IMG/VR virus record: IMGVR_UViG_3300010370_000027
Origin: a virus
Reading direction: 5' to 3' (one strand)
DNA length: 64,000 nt
Shown: one piece after another, positions 55,460-64,000 of the stretch
Position numbering within the stretch: position 1 is the first letter of the stretch
How the letters are laid out: each line of letters starts with the position of its first letter
The notes under the pieces: model-generated
The model's input: only the letters and a program-made list of their open reading frames with translations
What the model was told of the DNA's origin: nothing
Databases searched by the model: none
Translations under genes and position numbers: made by a program

Positions 55460-57076
55460 CTATCTAAAAAGCCAAGAAAAGTCTGATACGTCGACGTGCT
55501 TTATGTCCTCGGGCTTTTTCGCTTTGTGTACATTTTCTGGTGTGAATCCCTGTATCTGGGCATTTGGGACAGGCCGCACTTGATTGACTCCGCCGGGCAG
55601 GTCATTCAAATTTCTATTTCCTACTGCTGTCGCTTTTAGCATTGCCATGGCCATTGCCATGCCCTGAGTATCTCCACCGCCCTCGCCTGCAGCGAGCCAA
55701 GTTCCAATAGCTAGACTCATGATAAGGTCGTCGTGGGCATCTTTGGAAGCCTGAGCTTTTGCACCATTCCAGATAAAGGCCTGCAATTGATCAAAAAGAC
55801 GTTGAGAGTAAGTTTTTAGCCTTGAATTTCTTATTGATTCTTCAAGCTTTGTCAGTATCTGAGTCCTAGTCTTGGTCTGTGTCGAGAATCCAGGCACTGA
55901 TTCTGGGTCTGAAGGCTTGTATCCAAACAAATCTCCCCCATTATTGTGATAGTACAAAGCAGGGTATCCTTCATCTCTAAGCTTGACACAAGTAAAGTAT
56001 CCGAACGTGTTTTGTTCTGGGCATATCAAGGCATTGTTGTAACGCCTTCCATAAGTAGAAAGAAGCTCTGCAAGCCTATCGGGAGGTATTTTCCCCATGA
56101 ATTCTGCACACACTTCGCACGATTCGTAGTCTATGACATGAAAAGTTGAATAGTCAGAAGCATCTCCTCTTGCGACATCTGCAGAAATTATATACTTGTG
56201 CCCTTGCTCTGGGTTCTTCCAGATCCAGACTCCATTCTGTGGCCCTTCTTTTAGATTTGGCGGTCTAATAAGACCTCGAAGTTTTTCAAACTCAGAAGGC
56301 TGTAGAAACGTGTCACCGGACGAAACGAAGTCACATAAAAACTCTTGCGCGATCTGACGCTTCGTGAGGTTTCTGGTCTCTTTGTTGAACCAATCTTGGT
56401 CGTGTTCTGGGTGGACGTCCCATGGGAGTCTTATAGGATTGAAGTCATTTGCACCAGTCTCGGCTTCTGTCCACAGCTTGTAGTACTGACCTCCCACGCC
56501 GTTTGGAGTGGACAGGATGATAGCAGAACCACCGGTTGAGAGTGTTGGATAAAGAGACGTCCAAATCTCATCGAAGTCTCTAATGAATGCTGCCTCGTCT
56601 ACGATAAGTAGCGCTAATGCTTCAGAACGACCGGCGTCAGGAGATGTTGGAACAGCAGTTATTGTTGAGCCATTATCAAAACGAATTGACTGCTTTGTAG
56701 GTTCAAACTTAGTCAACAGAAGCCAAGGAGGAAGACCATCAAGCATGGTCTTTACTTTCTTGATGAAGTTAATTGCTGTGTTAAGCTTAGTTGCAATGAC
56801 AAGAATGTTCTTGTCCTTTTTAAAAATTGCATACCAAACAACATAGGCAGCGGAGACCGTAGAAAGTCCCAACTGCCTAGACTTGAGAACAATGTTAAAT
56901 CGATGCTGTTGAAACTGTTTTACACAATCGTTCTGGAAATCATATGTGTCGAAGGGGATAAGACCTCTCAGCTGATGCTGAATCTTGCAGTACTTCTTCA
57001 TAAAGTACGTTGGATCTTTACCGCACTTTAGTATCTCTGCTACTACCGCCTGTCTTGAAGGAGTCGTTGTTGTCAT
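55460..57076 (-). CDS. terL: Terminase large subunit (T4 gp17-like)
   Basis: KSRQLGLST (Walker A), LLIVDEAAF (Walker B), LSTPNG, ADVARG..DYS, HDDLIMS. Confidence 0.93.
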   Translation of the reverse strand: MTTTTPSRQAVVAEILKCGKDPTYFMKKYCKIQHQLRGLIPFDTYDFQNDCVKQFQQHRFNIVLKSRQLGLSTVSAAYVVWYAIFKKDKNILVIATKLNTAINFIKKVKTMLDGLPPWLLLTKFEPTKQSIRFDNGSTITAVPTSPDAGRSEALALLIVDEAAFIRDFDEIWTSLYPTLSTGGSAIILSTPNGVGGQYYKLWTEAETGANDFNPIRLPWDVHPEHDQDWFNKETRNLTKRQIAQEFLCDFVSSGDTFLQPSEFEKLRGLIRPPNLKEGPQNGVWIWKNPEQGHKYIISADVARGDASDYSTFHVIDYESCEVCAEFMGKIPPDRLAELLSTYGRRYNNALICPEQNTFGYFTCVKLRDEGYPALYYHNNGGDLFGYKPSDPESVPGFSTQTKTRTQILTKLEESIRNSRLKTYSQRLFDQLQAFIWNGAKAQASKDAHDDLIMSLAIGTWLAAGEGGGDTQGMAMAMAMLKATAVGNRNLNDLPGGVNQVRPVPNAQIQGFTPENVHKAKKPEDIKHVDVSDFSWLFR

Positions 57077-57456
57077 GCAATCTCGAAAATTACCTTGCGT
57101 CTATAATACGCGGTACGCTTCGGATTGTGAACGTTAAATCCTATGATTTCAATAGAGTCAGTAGCACTCTCTTCTTTTAGCGTTATCGAATCACCAGTCA
57201 GTTCCTTGTAAATTTCTTTGACGGACTTGACGTGTTCTGCGATGACGTCCTGAGACTCCTCTGCACACTGTCTCTTCATCTTAATCATCTCTCCCTCAGA
57301 AACGAAGTTTGTGATGACCTTGTAGGAAGCAAGAAGCCTGCTGTCACCGAGGAAAGTAAACTTGACCGAGTATGATGCTGTCTTCGGTGTAGATGACCTG
57401 CCCCAGGTCGTGTCTATTGCTTGGCCGAGGGCGTTGATGTTGAGTGTCTTGGGCAT
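57073..57456 (-). CDS. Hypothetical protein
   Basis: 127 aa, coupled to the terminase (ATGA overlap); ATACTTA upstream. Confidence 0.55.
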   Translation of the reverse strand: MPKTLNINALGQAIDTTWGRSSTPKTASYSVKFTFLGDSRLLASYKVITNFVSEGEMIKMKRQCAEESQDVIAEHVKSVKEIYKELTGDSITLKEESATDSIEIIGFNVHNPKRTAYYRRKVIFEIA

Positions 57457-57476
57457 ATGGAAAGACTCCTGTAACC

Positions 57477-57755
57477 TTAAGTATGATCGATCTTATATTT
57501 ATTCATTACTTCCTCAGAAGATGGTCGCCACCCTTGCATCCACTTTTCTTTGTTGGGGTACGCCCAAAATGTTGAACATGAATCACAGCATTCGAACTTT
57601 TCGTATGCTTCTTCATCCATTTCAGTTCTCATAATTTTCTCACACACCCCACAAAAAAGAGGAACAAATTTATCCCTTTCCTTGGGAATGATCACAAAAA
57701 AATTATCTCTGTCAGAAATGAGACGATTTCCTAAATAATTTTTCCAAGATGTCAT
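57477..57755 (-). CDS. Small Cys-rich (zinc-binding) hypothetical protein
   Basis: CGVC...CCDSC...W..GWRP. Confidence 0.55.
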   Translation of the reverse strand: MTSWKNYLGNRLISDRDNFFVIIPKERDKFVPLFCGVCEKIMRTEMDEEAYEKFECCDSCSTFWAYPNKEKWMQGWRPSSEEVMNKYKIDHT

Positions 57756-60700
57756 AGAAATTCTATCCTTGAGTCTTTTTCTGACTTAGTAATTTCCAGA
57801 ATATGATCTGCGCTGTCTTTGATTCCATCGACGTGAGTGATAACGATAACTGTCTTAAAATATTTCTTTAGAGAGGCTAAAAATCTACTACACGCTTCAA
57901 CGCCTGCACTATCCAAAGTTCCAAATCCTTCATCGATTATAAAAAAGTCGGACTTAGGCAAAGAAGAAACGTTGATCATTGCAACTCTCAGAGCAATTGC
58001 AGAAATTGTTTTTTCCATGCCTGAGCAAAGCTCTATGATTCTTCTTGAATCACCGTAATTAATGTAAATCTCTAGTGAATCTGTGTCCTCATCAGATTCT
58101 AGCTCTATAGTAAAATCAACAATTCCTTGCAAGATTTTTGAAACCTCTGCATTGATAAGCGGAAGCTGTGATTTAGTGACAAGAAGAGGAATTCCTTTCT
58201 TAGAAAATGCATTTGCAATTAATTCATGCATTCTAACGCTTTGAAGTAGTAAATCTCTAGTCTTCTTCTCTTCTTCCAGTTTTTCAATGCTGGATTGTAT
58301 TTTTCCGAGCTTGGCAGCAGCCTCTATCTTTTGAGTGTCATACAAGCTAGATAGTTGTGAAAGCTCAGTTATCTTATCTCTGATAGAGATGACCTCCTCT
58401 GCAACATCATTATCGAGTGAAAGTCGTAGATTCTCTAGCTTCTTCTTTGCCTCATCAAGCAATGTTTGACAAGAATCACAAGCTGTCTTGATCTTTGCTA
58501 TCTCTGTCTCTTTCTTTGAAATTTCAAGTTTCATCTTGTCCGACAGCTGAGAAGCTTTTTCGTACTTCGATATTTTCTCAGCAATAGTATTGTCTTCGAC
58601 GCTAGCAAGAGAGGCTCGTGCCTCCTCTAAGACGCTTAAAGCCTTTGAAACTTTTTTGATTTGATCAGGAAGATAATTCTTGTTAACGTGTGCGTCTTTT
58701 ATGAACTTGCACGTTGGATAATTGTCTCCACAAGGAACTTCATCCAAAATGACTAAAGATTTCTTCTGCTGCGAAAGGATTGTCTCTTCTTTTTCATGAA
58801 TATGTCTAAGCTCTGAAATTGCAGTCTGCAATTTGCGCTGTGTATCTTGACGATCCTTTAAGTCATTGACGTCTATTGAGTCGATAATCTGCTGAAGTGC
58901 ATCGACCTTCTCCTGCAAGGAATGGATCTCTTGCTCGAGTGAGCTTATACTTCCAAGACAATCTTCAGCTTTTTTCTCCAAAGAAGTTACTCTTCTCTCC
59001 TGAGATACAACGTCTTCTTTTGTTATGGGAGTTGCATTGTGCTTTAAGAGTTCAGACTTCAAGAGAGTGAGAGACGTCTGATTCTCAGAAATCATGTCAG
59101 TAAGTCGATTTATTTTATCTTCATTTTCTTTGGCAAGCGCCTCATTAGAAGACTTCAATTCAGACCAGTTCCTGTCTGGGAAGTTTTTTAACTGTGATTT
59201 AACAGATGAAACTTCTTTCGAAGAAAGCTCATGCATTCTATCGAACACATCGAGGTCAAGAAACTTCGTAAGAATAGATCTTCTCTTTGTAGAGCCCTGA
59301 GAGAGAAAGATGTTAGTTTCTCCTTGAGCTGACAAAGACGTTATTAAAAAATCATCAGAAATTCCTAGAAGAGTTCTTATGGTCTTCTCTGTATCATTTC
59401 TTTGCTCTCCGCAGAGATCGTCCATGTCTTCTTCATCTTCTCTCATTCTAAAAAGATTTAGAGAAGTAGAAGCGCTGACAACACCTTTCTTATTAGTGTT
59501 CTTTGCCGTCTGCCTTTCAATCACGTAGGTGGAACCATTGTGATCAAGAATAGCTCTTGCTGAGCAATAGTCCTTTCTGACGTTGCAGATATTAATGTTC
59601 TTGATAGGACCTCTATCAGTCGCATTAAAGAGTGCGTACATTAATGTTCCAACAATGGATGATTTACCAGTTCTATTGGGACCAAAAATTCCGACTATGC
59701 CGTTCAATTTTTCAAAATTGATAACGTTGCTTTCTCCATAAGAAAAGAGATTGTCCCACTCAAGCCGTCGGAGTGACCACTTAGAATTGCGTGCATGATC
59801 TTCAGAAGTAGAAACTTGCTTAAGATAAGACTTTGCAGTATCACTGAGTGACTCCATCTCTTTTTCAGAGAGATTTAATTCAGAGTAATACTCTCTCAGA
59901 AGCTTAGTAATAACTTCGGAAGATCTAAGGTCTGTTTTTGCAACAGAGGTTGTGCTAGTCTTTACTATCTCAGTGTTAACCTGTGCATCGATCTTATAGG
60001 TTACTTCTGAGGCATTCATCTCTGTCTTAAGAGACTCAGAAAGTATATGAACTTCATCTTGTGTAAGAGAAACGTTAGATCTAATCCTAAATCTAGTGCC
60101 TTGAGGGCAAGCCTTGGCAAGGCCAAGCGTCTTGTCAAGCTTCCCTGCCCAGTCAATTGTAATAAAAGGCTTTGGATTCGGAAGAGGCCTATTTACGACA
60201 GACCAGTCAGAAGAATTATTTATTTCCCAAAGATAGTATCCGTGGTTTAATTCTTCGGCATAATTCTGCTGAATCGGGGTGCCAGGATAGCCTATCCACG
60301 GCTTTCCATCCCTGTAGCCAAGGAACTGCTGTTTGTGAATGTCACCCAGCATGCAAAAATCATAGTCTTTAAAAAAGTCTGTCGTTATTCTATCTTCTTC
60401 AATCTCCCAGCCAGTCTCAGAATAGGAACCCTTAACACCACCGTGAAAAGTCGCAATGTTAATATCTCCTTGAACGGGCTTAAGATCATCCCACCCGTCC
60501 TCGTCGAAGCATGAGAAAACGCACCAGTTATATCCTGGTGAGAAGTTATAAACTCCCGACTTCTTGTAGAGGAAAACACGCGGATTCTTCATCGCCTCCA
60601 CGATGGGTGTGACAGCGTCTTGGCGGGACAGGTTCACGAGATTTCCATCGTGATTACCAAGGACCATGTGGACGGGTGCTACCTTCGCCATCTCCTCCAA

Positions 60701-60892
60701 CCACCACGTGAGGAGCTCGATGTACTCAGGTGAGATTCCTGTCACCTTCGTGTGGAAGATGTCTCCACCGATGAAGATATGATCTACCTTCTGTGCCTTA
60801 CAATCATCTATGAACGCCTTGAAGACTTGTCTGTACTCGTCGTGACGAGAAAGAGCCCTGATATGAATGTCGGCAGTATGAGCAATACGCAT
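57752..60892 (-). CDS. sbcCD: Fused SbcD(Mre11/gp47)-SbcC(Rad50/gp46) recombination nuclease
   Basis: ADIH, GGDIFH, GNHD, LGDIH phosphoesterase motifs; GPNRTGKSS Walker A; CGDNYPTC putative zinc hook; SGMEK; IIDEGFGTLD; ITH. Confidence 0.9.
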   Translation of the reverse strand: MRIAHTADIHIRALSRHDEYRQVFKAFIDDCKAQKVDHIFIGGDIFHTKVTGISPEYIELLTWWLEEMAKVAPVHMVLGNHDGNLVNLSRQDAVTPIVEAMKNPRVFLYKKSGVYNFSPGYNWCVFSCFDEDGWDDLKPVQGDINIATFHGGVKGSYSETGWEIEEDRITTDFFKDYDFCMLGDIHKQQFLGYRDGKPWIGYPGTPIQQNYAEELNHGYYLWEINNSSDWSVVNRPLPNPKPFITIDWAGKLDKTLGLAKACPQGTRFRIRSNVSLTQDEVHILSESLKTEMNASEVTYKIDAQVNTEIVKTSTTSVAKTDLRSSEVITKLLREYYSELNLSEKEMESLSDTAKSYLKQVSTSEDHARNSKWSLRRLEWDNLFSYGESNVINFEKLNGIVGIFGPNRTGKSSIVGTLMYALFNATDRGPIKNINICNVRKDYCSARAILDHNGSTYVIERQTAKNTNKKGVVSASTSLNLFRMREDEEDMDDLCGEQRNDTEKTIRTLLGISDDFLITSLSAQGETNIFLSQGSTKRRSILTKFLDLDVFDRMHELSSKEVSSVKSQLKNFPDRNWSELKSSNEALAKENEDKINRLTDMISENQTSLTLLKSELLKHNATPITKEDVVSQERRVTSLEKKAEDCLGSISSLEQEIHSLQEKVDALQQIIDSIDVNDLKDRQDTQRKLQTAISELRHIHEKEETILSQQKKSLVILDEVPCGDNYPTCKFIKDAHVNKNYLPDQIKKVSKALSVLEEARASLASVEDNTIAEKISKYEKASQLSDKMKLEISKKETEIAKIKTACDSCQTLLDEAKKKLENLRLSLDNDVAEEVISIRDKITELSQLSSLYDTQKIEAAAKLGKIQSSIEKLEEEKKTRDLLLQSVRMHELIANAFSKKGIPLLVTKSQLPLINAEVSKILQGIVDFTIELESDEDTDSLEIYINYGDSRRIIELCSGMEKTISAIALRVAMINVSSLPKSDFFIIDEGFGTLDSAGVEACSRFLASLKKYFKTVIVITHVDGIKDSADHILEITKSEKDSRIEFL

Positions 60893-60899
60893 TAGGTTA

Positions 60900-60928
60900 A
60901 TGATACCCCATGTGCAGAATAAGTTCAA
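60900..60928 (-). promoter_or_regulatory. Sigma70-like promoter TTGAAC-17-TATCAT, 7 nt before the sbcCD ATG (leaderless)
   Basis: Boxes at 60923-60928 and 60900-60905; no SD sequence. Confidence 0.5.
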
Positions 60929-61914
60929 ATTCCAAGTGAAGAAGTACTAACAACCCTATTGAGCTTGATAAGAAAGTTATCGTTCCAGTCGAGATAGCGC
61001 GCCTCGGACAAGGCTATCTCGAACTCCGCACGAGACATGGAGCCAGGATCTCCCCAGGGGCGAACATCCACGATCTGGACATCCACATCGTACTCCTGGA
61101 GTTTCTTCGCTATCTTGGGAGTCTTCCTATCCCACATGTCTCCATCCAGTGCGAGGGCGACTGGTGTGTTGTTTAGGAGGATGCGATTGAAGAGTTCGTG
61201 GCGCTCATCCAGGTCAGAACCGAGGAGAGCTGTGGTGTTGTCCGGGCACTTGACGAGGTCGAAGGGACCCTCCACCAATGCCAATCTCTTCGTCCAGTCG
61301 ATGTTGATCTCGTTGAAGATAATGGGGTTCTTGTCCACCTCAGGGTTGTCGTACTTGGGTCGTCTGTCCTTGTCGATCGCCCTCGCGGTGAAATAGTTGA
61401 GTTCACCTTTGAAGTTAAAGGATGGCATGATCACACGCCTCTTCCATCGGGGTTCGTTAGAAATGCCGAGCTTGAAGTACCACGCGTCCTTCTCGGTGAG
61501 ACCTCGTCCGAAGAGGTATCGCCACATTGCCTTCACATCGGGATCGTTCTGATTGGAGAGTGGGAGGAGACAGAAGTCCTTTGGTAGCTCGAGACGCTGT
61601 TCCTCAACCTTCTCACCGGTGACCAGTTCGCCTGAACCACCATCGGCGATACCGAGGACCTCCTTGTACTTCGCTAGTTGTCCAGGCGTACCGTACTTGC
61701 GGATGAGAGGTACGAGATTCCTCGCCTTGAATCCACACACCCAGCAGTGACACCTGTCATCATCTGTCTTGATTGCCAGCTTCTTCTTCGTGACATCGGA
61801 GGGAGCACAGATGGGACACCGAACATCGAAGTTCTTTCCGTTTCCAGCGAGGTGACCCTTGCCGAAGACTGACTCGATGAACAGAAGTTTATCACTGATA
61901 CTGAATACGGCCAC
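60925..61914 (-). CDS. DNA primase (zinc finger plus TOPRIM)
   Basis: CPIC...HCWVCG; YL..RG; YFTAR; LVEGPFD; ALDGD; DPG. Confidence 0.85.
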   Translation of the reverse strand: MAVFSISDKLLFIESVFGKGHLAGNGKNFDVRCPICAPSDVTKKKLAIKTDDDRCHCWVCGFKARNLVPLIRKYGTPGQLAKYKEVLGIADGGSGELVTGEKVEEQRLELPKDFCLLPLSNQNDPDVKAMWRYLFGRGLTEKDAWYFKLGISNEPRWKRRVIMPSFNFKGELNYFTARAIDKDRRPKYDNPEVDKNPIIFNEINIDWTKRLALVEGPFDLVKCPDNTTALLGSDLDERHELFNRILLNNTPVALALDGDMWDRKTPKIAKKLQEYDVDVQIVDVRPWGDPGSMSRAEFEIALSEARYLDWNDNFLIKLNRVVSTSSLGI

Positions 61915-61938
61915 AATACAACCGTATCACACCCAGGT

Positions 61939-62496
61939 TCACTTGTTCATTAGGCCAGCAGCACGAGCGATCACGTATGCATCAGTGGCATCTCTGCTCC
62001 ACCCCACGATAGCACCTGACTTGGGGGTGAGGGGCCACTCCACGTGGGACAGGTCGTGTTCGCACATGTACTTGAAGACCTGCTCCTTGTGTGGCATGCC
62101 TGCCACGGATGTTTTTTGAAGTTTAACACCGCATAGTTTCCTGGCCGATGCTGCGGGTATGTAGGTGGGTTCTACACCGAGGACCTCGCGCCCGATGTAG
62201 GACACAATGCCGTTGAATCTCATTAATGTTGTTATCGTAGCGGCTGAGCTCATTCCCTTCGAGAATCCGAGGAGTGGTTCCTCCAAGGCGAAAGTTGTGA
62301 TGGAAGGAAATCTGGTCTTGAGAAGAAGTAGTTCCTGTTTCACTCGATCGGCCTTGTCCCACAGCGTCACACACTTCTTGAACTCTATGCGGTCGAGATG
62401 TGAGATATTTCCACTGCCAGGATCAATAGTAGGATCTACTATGCACACACCCGTCACTGAGGTAGAAACGTCTAGCCCTAATATGAGATTCGCCAT
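61939..62496 (-). CDS. ruvC: RuvC-like Holliday junction resolvase
   Basis: LGLDVSTSVTG; LEEP; ARK; KEQV; DATDAYVIA. Confidence 0.8.
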   Translation of the reverse strand: MANLILGLDVSTSVTGVCIVDPTIDPGSGNISHLDRIEFKKCVTLWDKADRVKQELLLLKTRFPSITTFALEEPLLGFSKGMSSAATITTLMRFNGIVSYIGREVLGVEPTYIPAASARKLCGVKLQKTSVAGMPHKEQVFKYMCEHDLSHVEWPLTPKSGAIVGWSRDATDAYVIARAAGLMNK

Positions 62497-62536
62497 GGTC
62501 AGATTGTTACACCAGAATGAGTCCAGTAAAACTATC

Positions 62537-62941
62537 CTATAAAAGACCTAGTTCCTTCAATTGTATTTCTGTGACTATTCTATAGGTCATCCCGTGTTCA
62601 GCACACCACAGGAGAGCTGCAGCCATCTTCTTCTTAATAACAGCCTGTTCCAGCTTACGCTTCGGTTTCACTTCAATGAGTTCAGTTCGACCGTCCTTGT
62701 AACGAACGAGGAAGTCTGGGTAGTACTTACGCACCTTCTTTGTCCTCACGTTGGACACGTACTCGATCACCGTCTTCTCATAGGACCAGAACTCCACATC
62801 GGGATTCTCGTCCAGGTGTAACATGAGTTTGAATTCCCACCCAGATCGGAACTTACACTCACCAGCGATCGGAGAGGTATAGGTACCGCGGATATAGTGA
62901 CCCTTCCTCTTCTTCTTTCTCTTCTTCTTGAGTGTAGCCAT
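62537..62941 (-). CDS. Head completion nuclease (T4 gp4-like, TnsA N-terminal fold)
   Basis: FRSGWE...LD....WSYE...Y...YYPDF......IEVKP...K..AA..WC. Confidence 0.8.
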   Translation of the reverse strand: MATLKKKRKKKRKGHYIRGTYTSPIAGECKFRSGWEFKLMLHLDENPDVEFWSYEKTVIEYVSNVRTKKVRKYYPDFLVRYKDGRTELIEVKPKRKLEQAVIKKKMAAALLWCAEHGMTYRIVTEIQLKELGLL

Positions 62942-62950
62942 GGCTAAGCC

Positions 62951-64000
62951 TCAGTAATCGAAAGCTACCTTGAAGAGAACCTTGTCGCCTTCTCGCTTTA
63001 TTATTGGTTGAGCGAGACGAGCTTTAGCAACAACATTCATGTTCTCATCATGGAAGTTGAGGCCGGAGATGTAAACAAAAGCTTCATCGTCTTTAGGGTT
63101 GCCTGAGGCCTTGAGATTTGAATAGTTCTCAATAAAGGATGGATTGGAAGAAGAATTCAACAACCCAGAACCGGCAACTATCTCATACTTCGAGGAGAAG
63201 ATGTTATAGACACCCCTGAATGAAACTTCATACTCATTCTTACCAAAGAAGTAGAGATGTGGACTCTTGATGACAACAACCCCCTCATCATAAAAAATAT
63301 TTCCAACAGAATTTTGCGTTGCGTGGGGAGTCAAAGAATCTGCTCTATAGAGATTTCCAAGAGAATCATCTTTCAAGGTTATCGAAACAGAGCCAAAAGA
63401 TCCTGAGACTGCAGGATCTCTAATTTCAAAAGACCCAGGCATAATCCTTCTTCCATAATAAAGGTTGCTTATGTTGAATATGGTGACCTGGTTAGAAGAG
63501 GGGTCTAGTGTACGCTGATAGATGGTGAGAGGAACGTTCTTTTGAACTCCCTTGTTGAACAGAGTGTCGTCGGTTATAGAAGACAGAGATGCAGTAACAG
63601 CCGCTATGTAATTTGTGTAAGCTAGACCGGGTTCTAGGCCGGGTTTTTCAGGACTTGCCCCGTAGAGTTGTTCAACGTAGTCCTCAGGAGCATCTGAGTT
63701 TATTCCACCGCCGTCAAGAGAAGCTGTTGAAACTAAACTGTCCAAGTTGATGTAGCTAAAATCAGAAAACCCGCTTGCTGAGAATTTGTCTGTATAGCTC
63801 TCTCTAGAGAGTATTTCATAGTTTGGATCAAAATTTCCATCGTCGCAGGGAAGAACAGTAAGATTTCTTTTTGCTACATTTCCATCTTCATACAAGAAAT
63901 AATTTGCCTCTTTTGCTTCTGACGTGTGGTCTATTGCAGAGGCTGTAAGATTTAGCAGTCTTGGAAATCTACCTGTTGAAAAGTCTTTAACGAAATTATC
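62951..64000 (-). CDS. Baseplate / virion structural protein (5' end beyond the window)
   Basis: Frame stays open to 64000; GNIFYDEG..VI; C-terminal YIS..NFHDEN.NVVAKA.L.QPI.K. Confidence 0.6.
   Translation of the reverse strand, partial: DNFVKDFSTGRFPRLLNLTASAIDHTSEAKEANYFLYEDGNVAKRNLTVLPCDDGNFDPNYEILSRESYTDKFSASGFSDFSYINLDSLVSTASLDGGGINSDAPEDYVEQLYGASPEKPGLEPGLAYTNYIAAVTASLSSITDDTLFNKGVQKNVPLTIYQRTLDPSSNQVTIFNISNLYYGRRIMPGSFEIRDPAVSGSFGSVSITLKDDSLGNLYRADSLTPHATQNSVGNIFYDEGVVVIKSPHLYFFGKNEYEVSFRGVYNIFSSKYEIVAGSGLLNSSSNPSFIENYSNLKASGNPKDDEAFVYISGLNFHDENMNVVAKARLAQPIIKREGDKVLFKVAFDY

Noticed and set aside
46277-57076. Introns or inteins in the capsid, portal, protease or terminase genes
   Set aside because: The ORFs are continuous, of plausible length, and show no intein splice-junction or LAGLIDADG motifs.
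1-64000. Stop-codon reassignment as seen in some jumbo phages
   Set aside because: Conserved genes are full length under the standard code, and TAA, TAG and TGA all end recognisable proteins at the expected positions.

Overview
This window is a fragment of a large T4-like (contractile-tailed) bacteriophage genome, probably a jumbo phage, using the standard genetic code. It holds most of the virion morphogenesis cluster on the minus strand: gp26-like protein, tail tube, two tandem ~1000-aa tail sheath paralogs, gp15/gp14/gp13-like neck proteins, several repeat-rich fibre proteins, major capsid protein, scaffold, prohead protease, portal and large terminase. Beyond these lie a fused SbcD-SbcC nuclease, primase, RuvC-like resolvase and gp4/TnsA-like nuclease. 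It also encodes a complete one-piece tmRNA (tag ANDNGYAALALAA), three zinc-finger homing-endonuclease-like genes and four plus-strand accessory islands. The most notable unexplained patterns are: (1) five Gly-rich or LamG adhesin-like proteins at two loci share an exact-length 18-aa N-terminal tag (MxIxIxxxxxINGxxxxG), and those loci carry deletion scars, which suggests an interchangeable receptor-binding-tip system; (2) a family of otherwise unrelated proteins shares an N-terminal M(K/R)(I/L)TxxxL(K/R)x(I/L)(I/V)xEE peptide that looks like a capsid-targeting signal, with a degenerate copy on a protein-kinase-like enzyme; (3) a recurrent ATAnTTA late-promoter-like heptamer, often in a leaderless arrangement; (4) pervasive [ST]-[GAS]-S tripeptides in virion proteins. 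All calls come from motif recognition by eye; no database searches were run.
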